64,000 nt of DNA, taken from contig CAYXJN010000003.1 in NCBI GenBank assembly GCA_964464605.1, forward strand, positions 124,001 through 188,000. Reading direction: 5' to 3'. The stretch is from an uncultured Ignavibacteriales bacterium. Its GTDB lineage: Bacteria > Zixibacteria > MSB-5A5 > GN15 > FEB-12. The notes beneath the pieces were generated by a model. That model was not told the origin of the DNA. It saw nothing but the letters and a program-made list of their open reading frames with translations, and made no database searches. Below, in pieces: positions 1 to 8,861 of this stretch (position 1 is the stretch's first letter; every line of letters begins with the position of its first letter). A program made the position numbers and the translations under genes.

Positions 1-52
1 TCTTGCCAAGAAAAAACAGGCTGTGGCGACACCGGCATAAGCACATTTTGCA

Positions 53-1018
53 ATGCTTCATCTCGACCCCAAAGAACTTCCTGTCCAACGTATTCAATCG
101 CTCATGCTCGGCGGCGTTTCTCCGCGACCGATAGCGTTGGTATCGACGATTTCAGCCGATGGCGCCCCGAACCTCTCCCCATTCTCTTGGTTCAACTGTT
201 TCGGTTCAAATCCGCCGACGGTTGCGTTTTCACCATCACGCCGTATTCGTGACGGCAGCCTAAAACATACCTACCACAACCTGATGGCGACCAAAGAATG
301 CGTTATCCAGAGCGTGACGTATCCGATGGTACAGCAGGTATCACTCGCTTCCACGGAATACGCTGAAAGCGTGGATGAGTTTGTTAAATCAGGCTTAACT
401 AAGATCCCCTCCGACATCGTCAAACCGTTTCGCGTTGCCGAATCCCCGTTTCAGATGGAATGTGTGCTGAAGCAGATGATTCATCTCGGGGATGGCCCCG
501 GCTCCGGTAATCTGGCAATTTGCGAAGTTATCCGTTACCATATCGCTGAAGATATTTTCGAAAACAATATTATTATCCCCGACAAAATCGATCTGGTCGC
601 CCGCAACAGCGCTGATTACTACACCCGCGCCAGCGGCAATGCGATTTTTGCCGTCGAAAAACCGGTAACCCGCACCGGAATCGGGTTTGACCAATTGCCG
701 AAATTTATTTTCAGCTCGCATATTCTTACAGCCAACAACCTGGCACAATTGGCCAATACCGAACAGATACCTACCCAGGATGAGGTTCGCAGCTTTATCA
801 ACGCCCTTGAACCGGTCGAGTACAATGCGCAGGCATTCGAGCGAGCCGAAAGACAGAAGAACTACCAACAGATGTTAACCATCTCCTTAGGTGCGGTGAA
901 AACAAATCATGATGACGCTACACATTGTCTCGAACGAGTAGCTAAAACTGCTCTCGACAAAAACGATGCCCTGTTTGGCTTCAAAACACTGTTGTTCGCT
1001 GAATCAGTAACGCACTAA
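53..1018 (+). CDS. Flavin reductase-like (DIM6/NTAB family) FMN-binding protein with C-terminal extension
   Basis: PRPIALVST, NLSPFSWFN, KHTYHNL and PFRVAESPFQMEC motifs; first gene seen of a Phe/Tyr catabolic run. Confidence 0.85.
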   Translation: MLHLDPKELPVQRIQSLMLGGVSPRPIALVSTISADGAPNLSPFSWFNCFGSNPPTVAFSPSRRIRDGSLKHTYHNLMATKECVIQSVTYPMVQQVSLASTEYAESVDEFVKSGLTKIPSDIVKPFRVAESPFQMECVLKQMIHLGDGPGSGNLAICEVIRYHIAEDIFENNIIIPDKIDLVARNSADYYTRASGNAIFAVEKPVTRTGIGFDQLPKFIFSSHILTANNLAQLANTEQIPTQDEVRSFINALEPVEYNAQAFERAERQKNYQQMLTISLGAVKTNHDDATHCLERVAKTALDKNDALFGFKTLLFAESVTH

Positions 1019-1022
1019 TCCG

Positions 1023-2969
1023 ATGTCTGAACCGCTCTGGATACCGTCACGTCAACGGATTCAAAAATCCCGCATGTATCAGTTTCTGAAAAAGCGGGAG
1101 GCGGCAACCTATCTTTCATTTCCTGATTATCACGCGCTCTACAATTGGTCGATTGCAAACATCGATTCATTCTGGGAAGCAATCTGGGACGAAGCCGAAA
1201 TTATCCACTCACAAAAATATACATCTGTCCGTACCGGAGCAGAAATGCTCGATACCAAATGGTTCACGGGCGCAAAACTGAATTTTGCAGAAAATCTTCT
1301 GCGCTATCGTGACAACCAAACCGCGCTGATCGGTTACGCCGAAGACAGCGAAACAATTCGCATCAGTTATGCTGAGTTGTTTGCACAGGTAGCATCGCTG
1401 GCCGCTTATTTTCGCTCCATCGCCGTAAAACCGGGAGATAGAATCGCCGGGTATATGCCGAATATTCCGGAAACAGTGATTGCGATGCTGGCCACCACGG
1501 CTATCGGCGCTATATGGTCCTCCTGCTCCCCCGACTTTGGTATTCAGGGAGTGCTCGACCGATTCGGACAGATTACTCCGAAAGTATTGATCACCGCACA
1601 CGGAAACCGGTATGCCGGAAAAGAGATCGATACCTACGAACGAGCGCTATTGGTGGCAAATCAGATTCCGGAAATCGAGCAGATCATAGTCGTCACTCGC
1701 TTAAAAGAAATTACCAACAAGTCATTACCGGCAAACGTGACACTCTGGAATACCGCGTTATCACAAAAAACAAATGAACTCGATTTCTATCAGGCACCGT
1801 TTGATTATCCGCTCTATATCATGTACTCCTCCGGCACAACGGGTAAACCGAAATGTATGGTCCATGGCACGGGTGGAACATTGCTGCAGCACTTTAAAGA
1901 ACTCGCTTTGCATACTGATTTACGACGTGATGATGTCATTTTCTATTACACCACTTGCGGATGGATGATGTGGAACTGGCTGATCTCTTCTCTGTCAATC
2001 GGTGCAACGGTTCTGCTGTATGATGGCGCACCTTCGCATCCGAATATCGACGTCCTCTGGAATATCGCGGAGACGGAAAGAATCTCCGTTTTCGGAACCA
2101 GCCCCAAATTCTTAGCCGCGTGTGACCATTTAGCCCGTTACCCCAGCCGCGACCATAATCTCGAAAAATTACGTGCTATTCTTTCTACCGGCTCCCCCCT
2201 TTCCGAAGAGCAATTCCGCTGGGTGTATAAACAGGTGAAAGCGGATTTACAATTATCATCTATCTCCGGCGGAACGGATATTGTTTCCTGTTTTATGCTC
2301 GGTTCTCCGATGCTTCCGGTCTACCCCGGCGAAATTCAATGTCGCGGCTTAGGAATGGATGTACACGCCTTCAATGACAATGGTAAACCGGTTATCGATG
2401 AAGTCGGCGAGTTAGTTTGCAAATCTCCATTTCCGTCCATGCCGGTCTCTTTCTGGAATGACCCGAATGGAAACGCATATAAGGCTGCATATTTTGATCA
2501 TTACCCGAATATTTGGCGGCACGGGGACTTTATTAAAATTACCGCGCACGGCGGAGTGATTGTCTATGGCCGTTCCGATGCCACCCTCAACCCCGGCGGA
2601 GTGCGAATCGGCACTGCCGAAATTTATGACCCGGTGGAAAGCCTGCCGGAAATTCAGGATTCACTGGTTATCGGCCAGCAAATCGACGGCGATGTCCGTA
2701 TCATCTTGTTTGTCGTTCTGCGGGATGGACAAACACTGACCAATGAGTTGAAAGACCGTATACGGGCTAAAATCCGTGAAACCCAAACCCCCCGGCATTT
2801 ACCTGCAAGAATCATCCAGATTCTGGATGTCCCTCGCACTATTAGCGGGAAAAAAGTCGAACTGGCGGTGGCCAATATTATCCATGGTCGGACGGTGACT
2901 AACCGGGATGCCCTGGCCAATCCTGCTGCCTTAGACCAGTTTACGGATCTGGCCGAGCTGCATACGTGA
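1023..2969 (+). CDS. Acetoacetate--CoA ligase
   Basis: YIMYSSGTTGKPK AMP-binding loop, TTCGWMMWNWL, SISGGTD, GRSDATLNPGGVRIGTAEIY, ALANP C-terminus. Confidence 0.93.
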   Translation: MSEPLWIPSRQRIQKSRMYQFLKKREAATYLSFPDYHALYNWSIANIDSFWEAIWDEAEIIHSQKYTSVRTGAEMLDTKWFTGAKLNFAENLLRYRDNQTALIGYAEDSETIRISYAELFAQVASLAAYFRSIAVKPGDRIAGYMPNIPETVIAMLATTAIGAIWSSCSPDFGIQGVLDRFGQITPKVLITAHGNRYAGKEIDTYERALLVANQIPEIEQIIVVTRLKEITNKSLPANVTLWNTALSQKTNELDFYQAPFDYPLYIMYSSGTTGKPKCMVHGTGGTLLQHFKELALHTDLRRDDVIFYYTTCGWMMWNWLISSLSIGATVLLYDGAPSHPNIDVLWNIAETERISVFGTSPKFLAACDHLARYPSRDHNLEKLRAILSTGSPLSEEQFRWVYKQVKADLQLSSISGGTDIVSCFMLGSPMLPVYPGEIQCRGLGMDVHAFNDNGKPVIDEVGELVCKSPFPSMPVSFWNDPNGNAYKAAYFDHYPNIWRHGDFIKITAHGGVIVYGRSDATLNPGGVRIGTAEIYDPVESLPEIQDSLVIGQQIDGDVRIILFVVLRDGQTLTNELKDRIRAKIRETQTPRHLPARIIQILDVPRTISGKKVELAVANIIHGRTVTNRDALANPAALDQFTDLAELHT

Positions 2970-3053
2970 CCTCAAAATGGCGGTTCCTGCTTGCCTTTGA
3001 ACCGCCTGCCGATATATGTTTATAAGAGTCAGTAACGGGATGAAAGGATAACC

Positions 3054-4913
3054 ATGCCCTTCGGAGTACCAGCGTTTTCACATCAGGCACCCCAGCGTTT
3101 TTGCAAACCGGGAACTACCCATACTACCGGTGCAGCAGCAAAACGGCCGATTTGGGAAACTGTCGATAATGACGCGCTCAAAAAACTTCCGAATCATCTC
3201 AAGCAATTCATAGTCGACCAGCGTTACGATGATTACACCGCGCAGGACCATGCGGTCTGGCGGTATATTATGAAACAGGCGATCTATTTCCTGCGTGAAA
3301 ACGCGCATCGCTTGTACTTCAAAGGATTGCTTGAAACCGGGATCGACTTAAACGCTATCCCCCGCATTACCGACATGAACCGAATCCTCGGCGCGATCGG
3401 CTGGGGTGCAGTGGCGGTCGATGGGTTTATCCCTCCGGCAGCCTTCATGGAATTCCAGGCTTACAAAGTTCTGGTTATCGCCTGCGAAATGCGGCAGATA
3501 CACCATATCGAATACACCCCGGCGCCGGATATCGTGCATGAAGCCGCCGGCCATGCACCGATTATTGTCGACCATGACTACGCCGCCTACTTACAGCGGT
3601 TTGGCGCAATCGGTGCGAAGGCGATGTCTTCCCGCAAAGATTTCGAACTCTACGAAGCTATCCGCCACTTGTCGATTATCAAAGAAGTACCCGGTTCTGA
3701 TCCGGAAGCGATCAAACACGCCGAGCAAGTCGTCGCTGAACGGCAGAAAAATCTCGGCGCACCCTCTGAAATGGCGCGCTTAAGCCGCCTGCACTGGTGG
3801 ACAGTTGAATATGGCCTTATCGGCAATCTGATGAATCCGAAAATCTACGGCGCAGGATTGCTTTCCTCTATCGGTGAGTCCGGAACCTGTTTGGATGAAC
3901 ACGTCAAAAAGATTCGTTATTCGATTGATGCGCAAAATTACCCGTTCGATATCACCACCCAGCAGCCGCAGTTGTTTGTCGTGGAAGAATTCGATGAACT
4001 GACAACGGTGCTTGAGCAATTCGCCGATCAGATGGCGTTTCGTGTCGGCGGCAAATACGGCATCGACGCCGCCATCGAATGCAACAATGTATCAACTGTC
4101 GAGCTTTCCTCCGGAATACAGGTAACAGGAACATTTACTGAAGCGTTATTCCATAATCAGCAGCCAAGCTTTATTAAATCGACCAGTGCATCGGCCTTGG
4201 CATACCAATACACCGAATTGCCGGGACATGATAAAGGATATCATCGTGACGGTTTCAGCACCCCGATTGGCCGTTTAGCTGAAAGCACGACTCCGCTTGA
4301 GAACATGAACGGCTCGCAGCTTGAGGCGATGAATATCCGTGAAGGTGCGCAGTCACAGCTGATTTTTGAAAGCGGTATTACGGTGAATGGCTGTTTGGAA
4401 AAAATCGAACGGAAAGATGGCAAAAACATCCTGTTCGTTTTCACCAATTGCACTGTTATGAATGGCTCGACGACCCTGTTTAGACCGGAATGGGGGGCAT
4501 TCGATATGGCGATCGGTGAAAAAGTCGTTTCGGTCTTCAATGGCGCCGCCGACAAAGATGCCTATGAACAGATTGCGTTAGTGGGCAAAGAACGTTCAAT
4601 CAAAGTTACGTATGACAGTAAACAGCAGCGTTTGCACGGTTTATACAAGCAAGTACGGGATGCCCGCGAAGGGCGCGCGCCAGTTTCGGTTATTCCGGAA
4701 ATCTGGAACAGCATTCAGCGTGATTATCCCGATGACTGGCTCTTGGCAATGGAGATGTGCGAACTGTTGACCCGCGAAGATATATACCCCGAGCAGCGCG
4801 TCGCCATGCGCAGTTGGCTTGAAGCGAAACTGACGCATGAGCCGGAGCTAACCAAGTTAATCAAAGACGGATTCAATTTAATCGACTTACGAAAATTCAA
4901 TCCGAAAGATTGA
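3054..4913 (+). CDS. phhA: Pterin-dependent aromatic amino acid hydroxylase (phenylalanine 4-monooxygenase, long form)
   Basis: YTPAPDIVHEAAGH and WWTVEYGL (2-His-1-Glu iron triad), YGAGLLSSIGE; ~290-aa C-terminal extension; AAAGGA SD upstream. Confidence 0.9.
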   Translation: MPFGVPAFSHQAPQRFCKPGTTHTTGAAAKRPIWETVDNDALKKLPNHLKQFIVDQRYDDYTAQDHAVWRYIMKQAIYFLRENAHRLYFKGLLETGIDLNAIPRITDMNRILGAIGWGAVAVDGFIPPAAFMEFQAYKVLVIACEMRQIHHIEYTPAPDIVHEAAGHAPIIVDHDYAAYLQRFGAIGAKAMSSRKDFELYEAIRHLSIIKEVPGSDPEAIKHAEQVVAERQKNLGAPSEMARLSRLHWWTVEYGLIGNLMNPKIYGAGLLSSIGESGTCLDEHVKKIRYSIDAQNYPFDITTQQPQLFVVEEFDELTTVLEQFADQMAFRVGGKYGIDAAIECNNVSTVELSSGIQVTGTFTEALFHNQQPSFIKSTSASALAYQYTELPGHDKGYHRDGFSTPIGRLAESTTPLENMNGSQLEAMNIREGAQSQLIFESGITVNGCLEKIERKDGKNILFVFTNCTVMNGSTTLFRPEWGAFDMAIGEKVVSVFNGAADKDAYEQIALVGKERSIKVTYDSKQQRLHGLYKQVRDAREGRAPVSVIPEIWNSIQRDYPDDWLLAMEMCELLTREDIYPEQRVAMRSWLEAKLTHEPELTKLIKDGFNLIDLRKFNPKD

Positions 4914-4920
4914 TTCGGCT

Positions 4921-5256
4921 ATGCCGCCGTTAATCGAACTGCACTGCTCGCCGCTTCCCAAAGGAACACCCGCCCTTAGTTCCGAACAATACGCACAGTA
5001 TATCGACGACCTCCCGCACTGGACAATTACCAATTCCGGCAAAGCGATCGAACGTAATTTTGTGTTTAAAAATTTCGCGGAAGCATTAGTCTTTGTGAAC
5101 AAAGTCGGCGCGCTGGCCGAAGAGGAAGAACATCACCCTGATATCCTGATGCATGGCTGGAAAAACGTGCGTATATCTTTGTACACGCACACGGTTGGTG
5201 GATTATCGCTCAATGATTTTATTGTCGCGGCGAAAACAGATCAACTCTGCAAATAG
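4921..5256 (+). CDS. phhB: Pterin-4a-carbinolamine dehydratase
   Basis: FKNFAEAL, EEHHPDI, YTHTVGGLSLNDFIVAAK; directly follows the hydroxylase. Confidence 0.95.
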   Translation: MPPLIELHCSPLPKGTPALSSEQYAQYIDDLPHWTITNSGKAIERNFVFKNFAEALVFVNKVGALAEEEEHHPDILMHGWKNVRISLYTHTVGGLSLNDFIVAAKTDQLCK

Positions 5257-5958
5257 TTACAATTTCCCGGCCTGATTGCCGATTGTAATCGATTCAACCA
5301 ATACATCCGGCGGCTGGTTAATCGCGAAAACAATCGCTTCAGCTACTTTATCGGGGGAAAGCATTTTCTCCCGAGGCCAATTACCGGGAACCGTATGCCA
5401 AAGCTCGGTGTCGGTTGCGCTCGGATAGACGTTTACCACTCGAATCCCCCGCTCACGAACCTCTTCCCGCAAACTTTGCGAAAACCCTTCAAGCGCAAAC
5501 TTGGTGGTGCAATAACTGCCCCACTTCGGAAATCCATTTTTTGAGGCAATGGAAAGAATATTGACGATACTTGCCCCGCGATGCATATGCGGCAGGAGTC
5601 CCTTGGCAATAATAAACGGCGCAGTCACGTTTACCGACAAAGCATCCTGCCATTCGTTGATACCCAGCTGCTCAATCGGTTTTACCAGTGTCATACCGGC
5701 ATTGTTGATAACAGCATCGAACGATTTATTCTGAATCGCAACGACCATCGCTTCAACGTCACTCGCGTTGCGGAAATCATGATTGAGTTCAGTTATCAAG
5801 CATGCATCCGATTTCCGCTCCATCAAATGCACCGTTTCAGAAAGCGCTTTTTTGTCCCGCCCGTGCAGAAAAATATCGACGCCGCTTGCCGCTAAGTGAA
5901 CCGCTATCGCCCGTCCGATACCGCGACTGGCTCCGGTTATCAAATACCGTTTCATCAC
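5257..5958 (-). CDS. SDR oxidoreductase, probable sepiapterin reductase-like
   Basis: TGASRGIG, NNAG, S...YCTTK catalytic motif; overlaps the PTPS stop in the folE-PTPS operon. Confidence 0.75.
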   Translation of the reverse strand: MMKRYLITGASRGIGRAIAVHLAASGVDIFLHGRDKKALSETVHLMERKSDACLITELNHDFRNASDVEAMVVAIQNKSFDAVINNAGMTLVKPIEQLGINEWQDALSVNVTAPFIIAKGLLPHMHRGASIVNILSIASKNGFPKWGSYCTTKFALEGFSQSLREEVRERGIRVVNVYPSATDTELWHTVPGNWPREKMLSPDKVAEAIVFAINQPPDVLVESITIGNQAGKL

Positions 5959-7187
5959 ACACCTCCCGGCGTATCACGTCTGAGCGTGAATCGATTATTC
6001 GGCGTTTCCCAGAGCCGCATGCGGAAAGGATCTCGCTCGAACACCGCCTTTCCTTTATCCCAAAGTCCGCGCAAAATATTTTCACCGGTGCTCGGGCGAT
6101 CGGCAAAATAGGGAATTTCGGCGTCAAGATGCTTGTAATTCCAGTCAGCGACTATGCTCTGCATCATCTGCTCGAATGTCGGTAACGGAAACAACGTTCC
6201 GCTGGTTTCATCTAATGAGCCGTCAAGTGCGCACTCGATAAGGTACTCATGCCCATGCCCGGCCGGATTGTTGCATTTGCCATAGAGTTCACGATTTTCC
6301 GAAGCATTGAATGACTTCGCATTGAGCCTGTGCGCAGCAAAAAAGTGCGTCGTAACTCCCATAACAAAACGAGAGCTATTAAGACATTCGACGTAAAAAT
6401 TATCATGTTCATGAATGCGTACGCGAATAACCGGGATGGAAGGACGCAAGCGGCGATACAAAATAGCGGCTAACGATTCGGTCGTATTCGGCTCGGTTTT
6501 GAATTCCGGCAGTTGTTCAGTTAAATTGGTGTGGTCAAGCTGCGCGCGTAACGATTCGACGGCATGATTGACTTCCGAATACGGTAAATGCGTCCCGATT
6601 TTTTCTTCAACGTTTCCGCCTAATGTCACCCGCACCCGGTATTCATGCCCATGCCCTTTCGGTGAGGCTGCCGCGCCGATTAATTTTTCATTTTCTGAAT
6701 CACTCAACTTTGGCGACCAGGTTCGCCGTGCGGCAGAGAACGAAAATGAGTAATGCTTTTCGATACGTCCATCGGCATAGGCAACCGCAGCAGTATATGG
6801 GGATTCCTGAAGATAACAGGATACCAATGACGCCGTCTCATTAACAAATAATGATTCCGCTTCTCTATATAATTCCCGCGAAAGATTTTCAACCGTCGCG
6901 GGCATCCGGTGAAACGGCGGGGTATCGAGATTCAGATATTTGTGGTCGTAACGGGAATCCAAAAGTAGTTTAATTTTTTCTTTGATAACGGAGATATTCA
7001 AGATCATTCCGGTCGCCAGGTCGATCGGCCCATGAAAGGAAAAAAATGCGACATAATTATGCCCATGCCCCAGCTTCCCGTATGATTCGGTATCGTACTG
7101 TTTTTTGTTTTGTTCTTCCGTCCAGTCTTCCCGCCAACAGCGATGGGAAGAGGAAAACTCGAAACGCTTGCTGATTGTTGCGTACAT
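5955..7187 (-). CDS. 6-pyruvoyl-tetrahydropterin synthase with three tandem PTPS (T-fold) domains
   Basis: Three GHGH(N/E)Y motifs and three TxE(N/S) motifs; third domain has YGKCNNPAGHGHEY (CX5HGH, PTPS-II type). Confidence 0.88.
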   Translation of the reverse strand: MYATISKRFEFSSSHRCWREDWTEEQNKKQYDTESYGKLGHGHNYVAFFSFHGPIDLATGMILNISVIKEKIKLLLDSRYDHKYLNLDTPPFHRMPATVENLSRELYREAESLFVNETASLVSCYLQESPYTAAVAYADGRIEKHYSFSFSAARRTWSPKLSDSENEKLIGAAASPKGHGHEYRVRVTLGGNVEEKIGTHLPYSEVNHAVESLRAQLDHTNLTEQLPEFKTEPNTTESLAAILYRRLRPSIPVIRVRIHEHDNFYVECLNSSRFVMGVTTHFFAAHRLNAKSFNASENRELYGKCNNPAGHGHEYLIECALDGSLDETSGTLFPLPTFEQMMQSIVADWNYKHLDAEIPYFADRPSTGENILRGLWDKGKAVFERDPFRMRLWETPNNRFTLRRDTPGGV

Positions 7188-7195
7188 GGAAGCGG

Positions 7196-7744
7196 TTATT
7201 TCCCGATGAGTTTCATAAACTCGGTGCGGGTCGCATTTTCGGTTAAAAACTCACCGAGCAGGCATGAGGTAATCATCGTTGAGTTTTGTTTCTCAACGCC
7301 GCGCATCATCATACACAAATGCTTGGCCTCAATAACAACCGCCACACCGCGTGCTTTGGTGTAGGTCATCATGCAATCGGCAATCTGCTTGGTCAGACAT
7401 TCCTGAATCTGCAATCGCCGCGCGAAAACATCGACAATCCGCGCAACTTTCGACAGTCCGATAATCGAATCATTCGGAATATAGGCGACATGGCATTTCC
7501 CGATAAACGGTAGCAGGTGATGCTCGCACATCGAATAAAGTTCGATATCTTTTACCAAAATCATTTCATGCGATTTCGCCTTGAATATCGCTCCGTTGAT
7601 AATCGTATCAATATCCTGCGAATATCCCTGTGTCAGAAATTTATACGCACGGGCTGCCCGCTCCGGAGTTCTGCGAAGCCCCTCACGGTTGACATCCTCG
7701 CCCAGGCCGACAAGCAGGTCGTTAAATACCTTTTCTAATGACAT
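7196..7744 (-). CDS. folE: GTP cyclohydrolase I
   Basis: [43 protein letters not shown]. Confidence 0.97.
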   Translation of the reverse strand: MSLEKVFNDLLVGLGEDVNREGLRRTPERAARAYKFLTQGYSQDIDTIINGAIFKAKSHEMILVKDIELYSMCEHHLLPFIGKCHVAYIPNDSIIGLSKVARIVDVFARRLQIQECLTKQIADCMMTYTKARGVAVVIEAKHLCMMMRGVEKQNSTMITSCLLGEFLTENATRTEFMKLIGK

Positions 7745-7827
7745 GCGGTCCTCTTTATATTCTTAACGCGTTACCGGTAAAACATAGCATGAAAACGGCG
7801 CTTCCACAACGGTCGGAGATTTCCGAT

Positions 7828-8859
7828 TTATGTATTACCGGAAAAATGGTCCCATCCCGCTTTGGGCAGCGGTTCGCGCTTTCCACCAGAAGTAACAAGC
7901 CAGCGGCCATTTTGTTCACCGGTAATTATTCCTATTTCCGCGCAGGCGATACCATTTTGCTGAGCGATTGTTTCAATGAGGCGAATATCGGTATCTGCTC
8001 GTACAGTAAACAGCAATTCATACGATTCACCGCTGTTCAGAATAAAATCTTGAGTCGATTTTCCGGTCGCCTGAGTGGCTTGAGATAAAATCCGGTTTTG
8101 CGTAAGCGAATCGATATTCAGTTCACAGCCGACTTTGGATGATTCACAGATATGCGCGAGATCAGTACAGACGCCATCGCTGACATCGATCATCGCCGTC
8201 GCCAAACCGGATTCTGCTAACGCAACACCCAATATCACTCGAGGCGTCGGTGCCAAAAGCGCATCAACACAGGACTGTAACTCTTTTGGATACTTGTTCC
8301 CGAATTGCTCAAGTACTTTCAATCCTGCTGCGGCCATTCCGGGTGTACCGGAAACGAATACTTTGTCTCCCGGTTTTGCTTGTGAGCGAGTTAGCAGCTG
8401 TTTCGGAGACACAAAACCGAGCAGGGTAATGTCGATACAAATCTCCTGCGATGACCGCGCCAAATTGCCGCCGATAATGGTAGTGTTGTAGGTGGCAGCT
8501 TCGGAAACAATCCCCTGATATAAAGCGTCAAAAAATTCAGAAGGCAGTTCAGCCGGCAATCCGAGTGAAACCAATGCAAATGCCGGCTTCCCCCCCATGG
8601 CGGCGATATCGCTCAGATTCACCGCTACCGTTTTTCTGCCGATCTGCTCCGGTGATGACCAATCGCGACGAAAATGATTTCCCTCAATTTGAATATCATT
8701 AGTCACTAACAGCAATCGGCTGTCATCGATACGAATAACTGCGGCATCATCCCCAATGCCGATGATTACATCTTTCGGGTTCGTATTCGGCAACATACGG
8801 TGAATCCGCTGGATAAGTTCCGCTTCACCGATTGCCGCTATGGTACGAAAATCAGCCAT
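7828..8859 (-). CDS. thiL: Thiamine-monophosphate kinase
   Basis: GIGDDAA, EGNHF, VNLSDIAAMGG, MIDVSDG, C-terminal GWDHF. Confidence 0.92.
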   Translation of the reverse strand: MADFRTIAAIGEAELIQRIHRMLPNTNPKDVIIGIGDDAAVIRIDDSRLLLVTNDIQIEGNHFRRDWSSPEQIGRKTVAVNLSDIAAMGGKPAFALVSLGLPAELPSEFFDALYQGIVSEAATYNTTIIGGNLARSSQEICIDITLLGFVSPKQLLTRSQAKPGDKVFVSGTPGMAAAGLKVLEQFGNKYPKELQSCVDALLAPTPRVILGVALAESGLATAMIDVSDGVCTDLAHICESSKVGCELNIDSLTQNRILSQATQATGKSTQDFILNSGESYELLFTVRADTDIRLIETIAQQNGIACAEIGIITGEQNGRWLVTSGGKREPLPKAGWDHFSGNT

Positions 8860-8861
8860 TA

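Noticed and set aside
5955..7187. queD (queuosine) call
   Set aside because: The motif is CX5HGH rather than CX3HGH, no que genes are present, and the context is folE-SDR-phhAB
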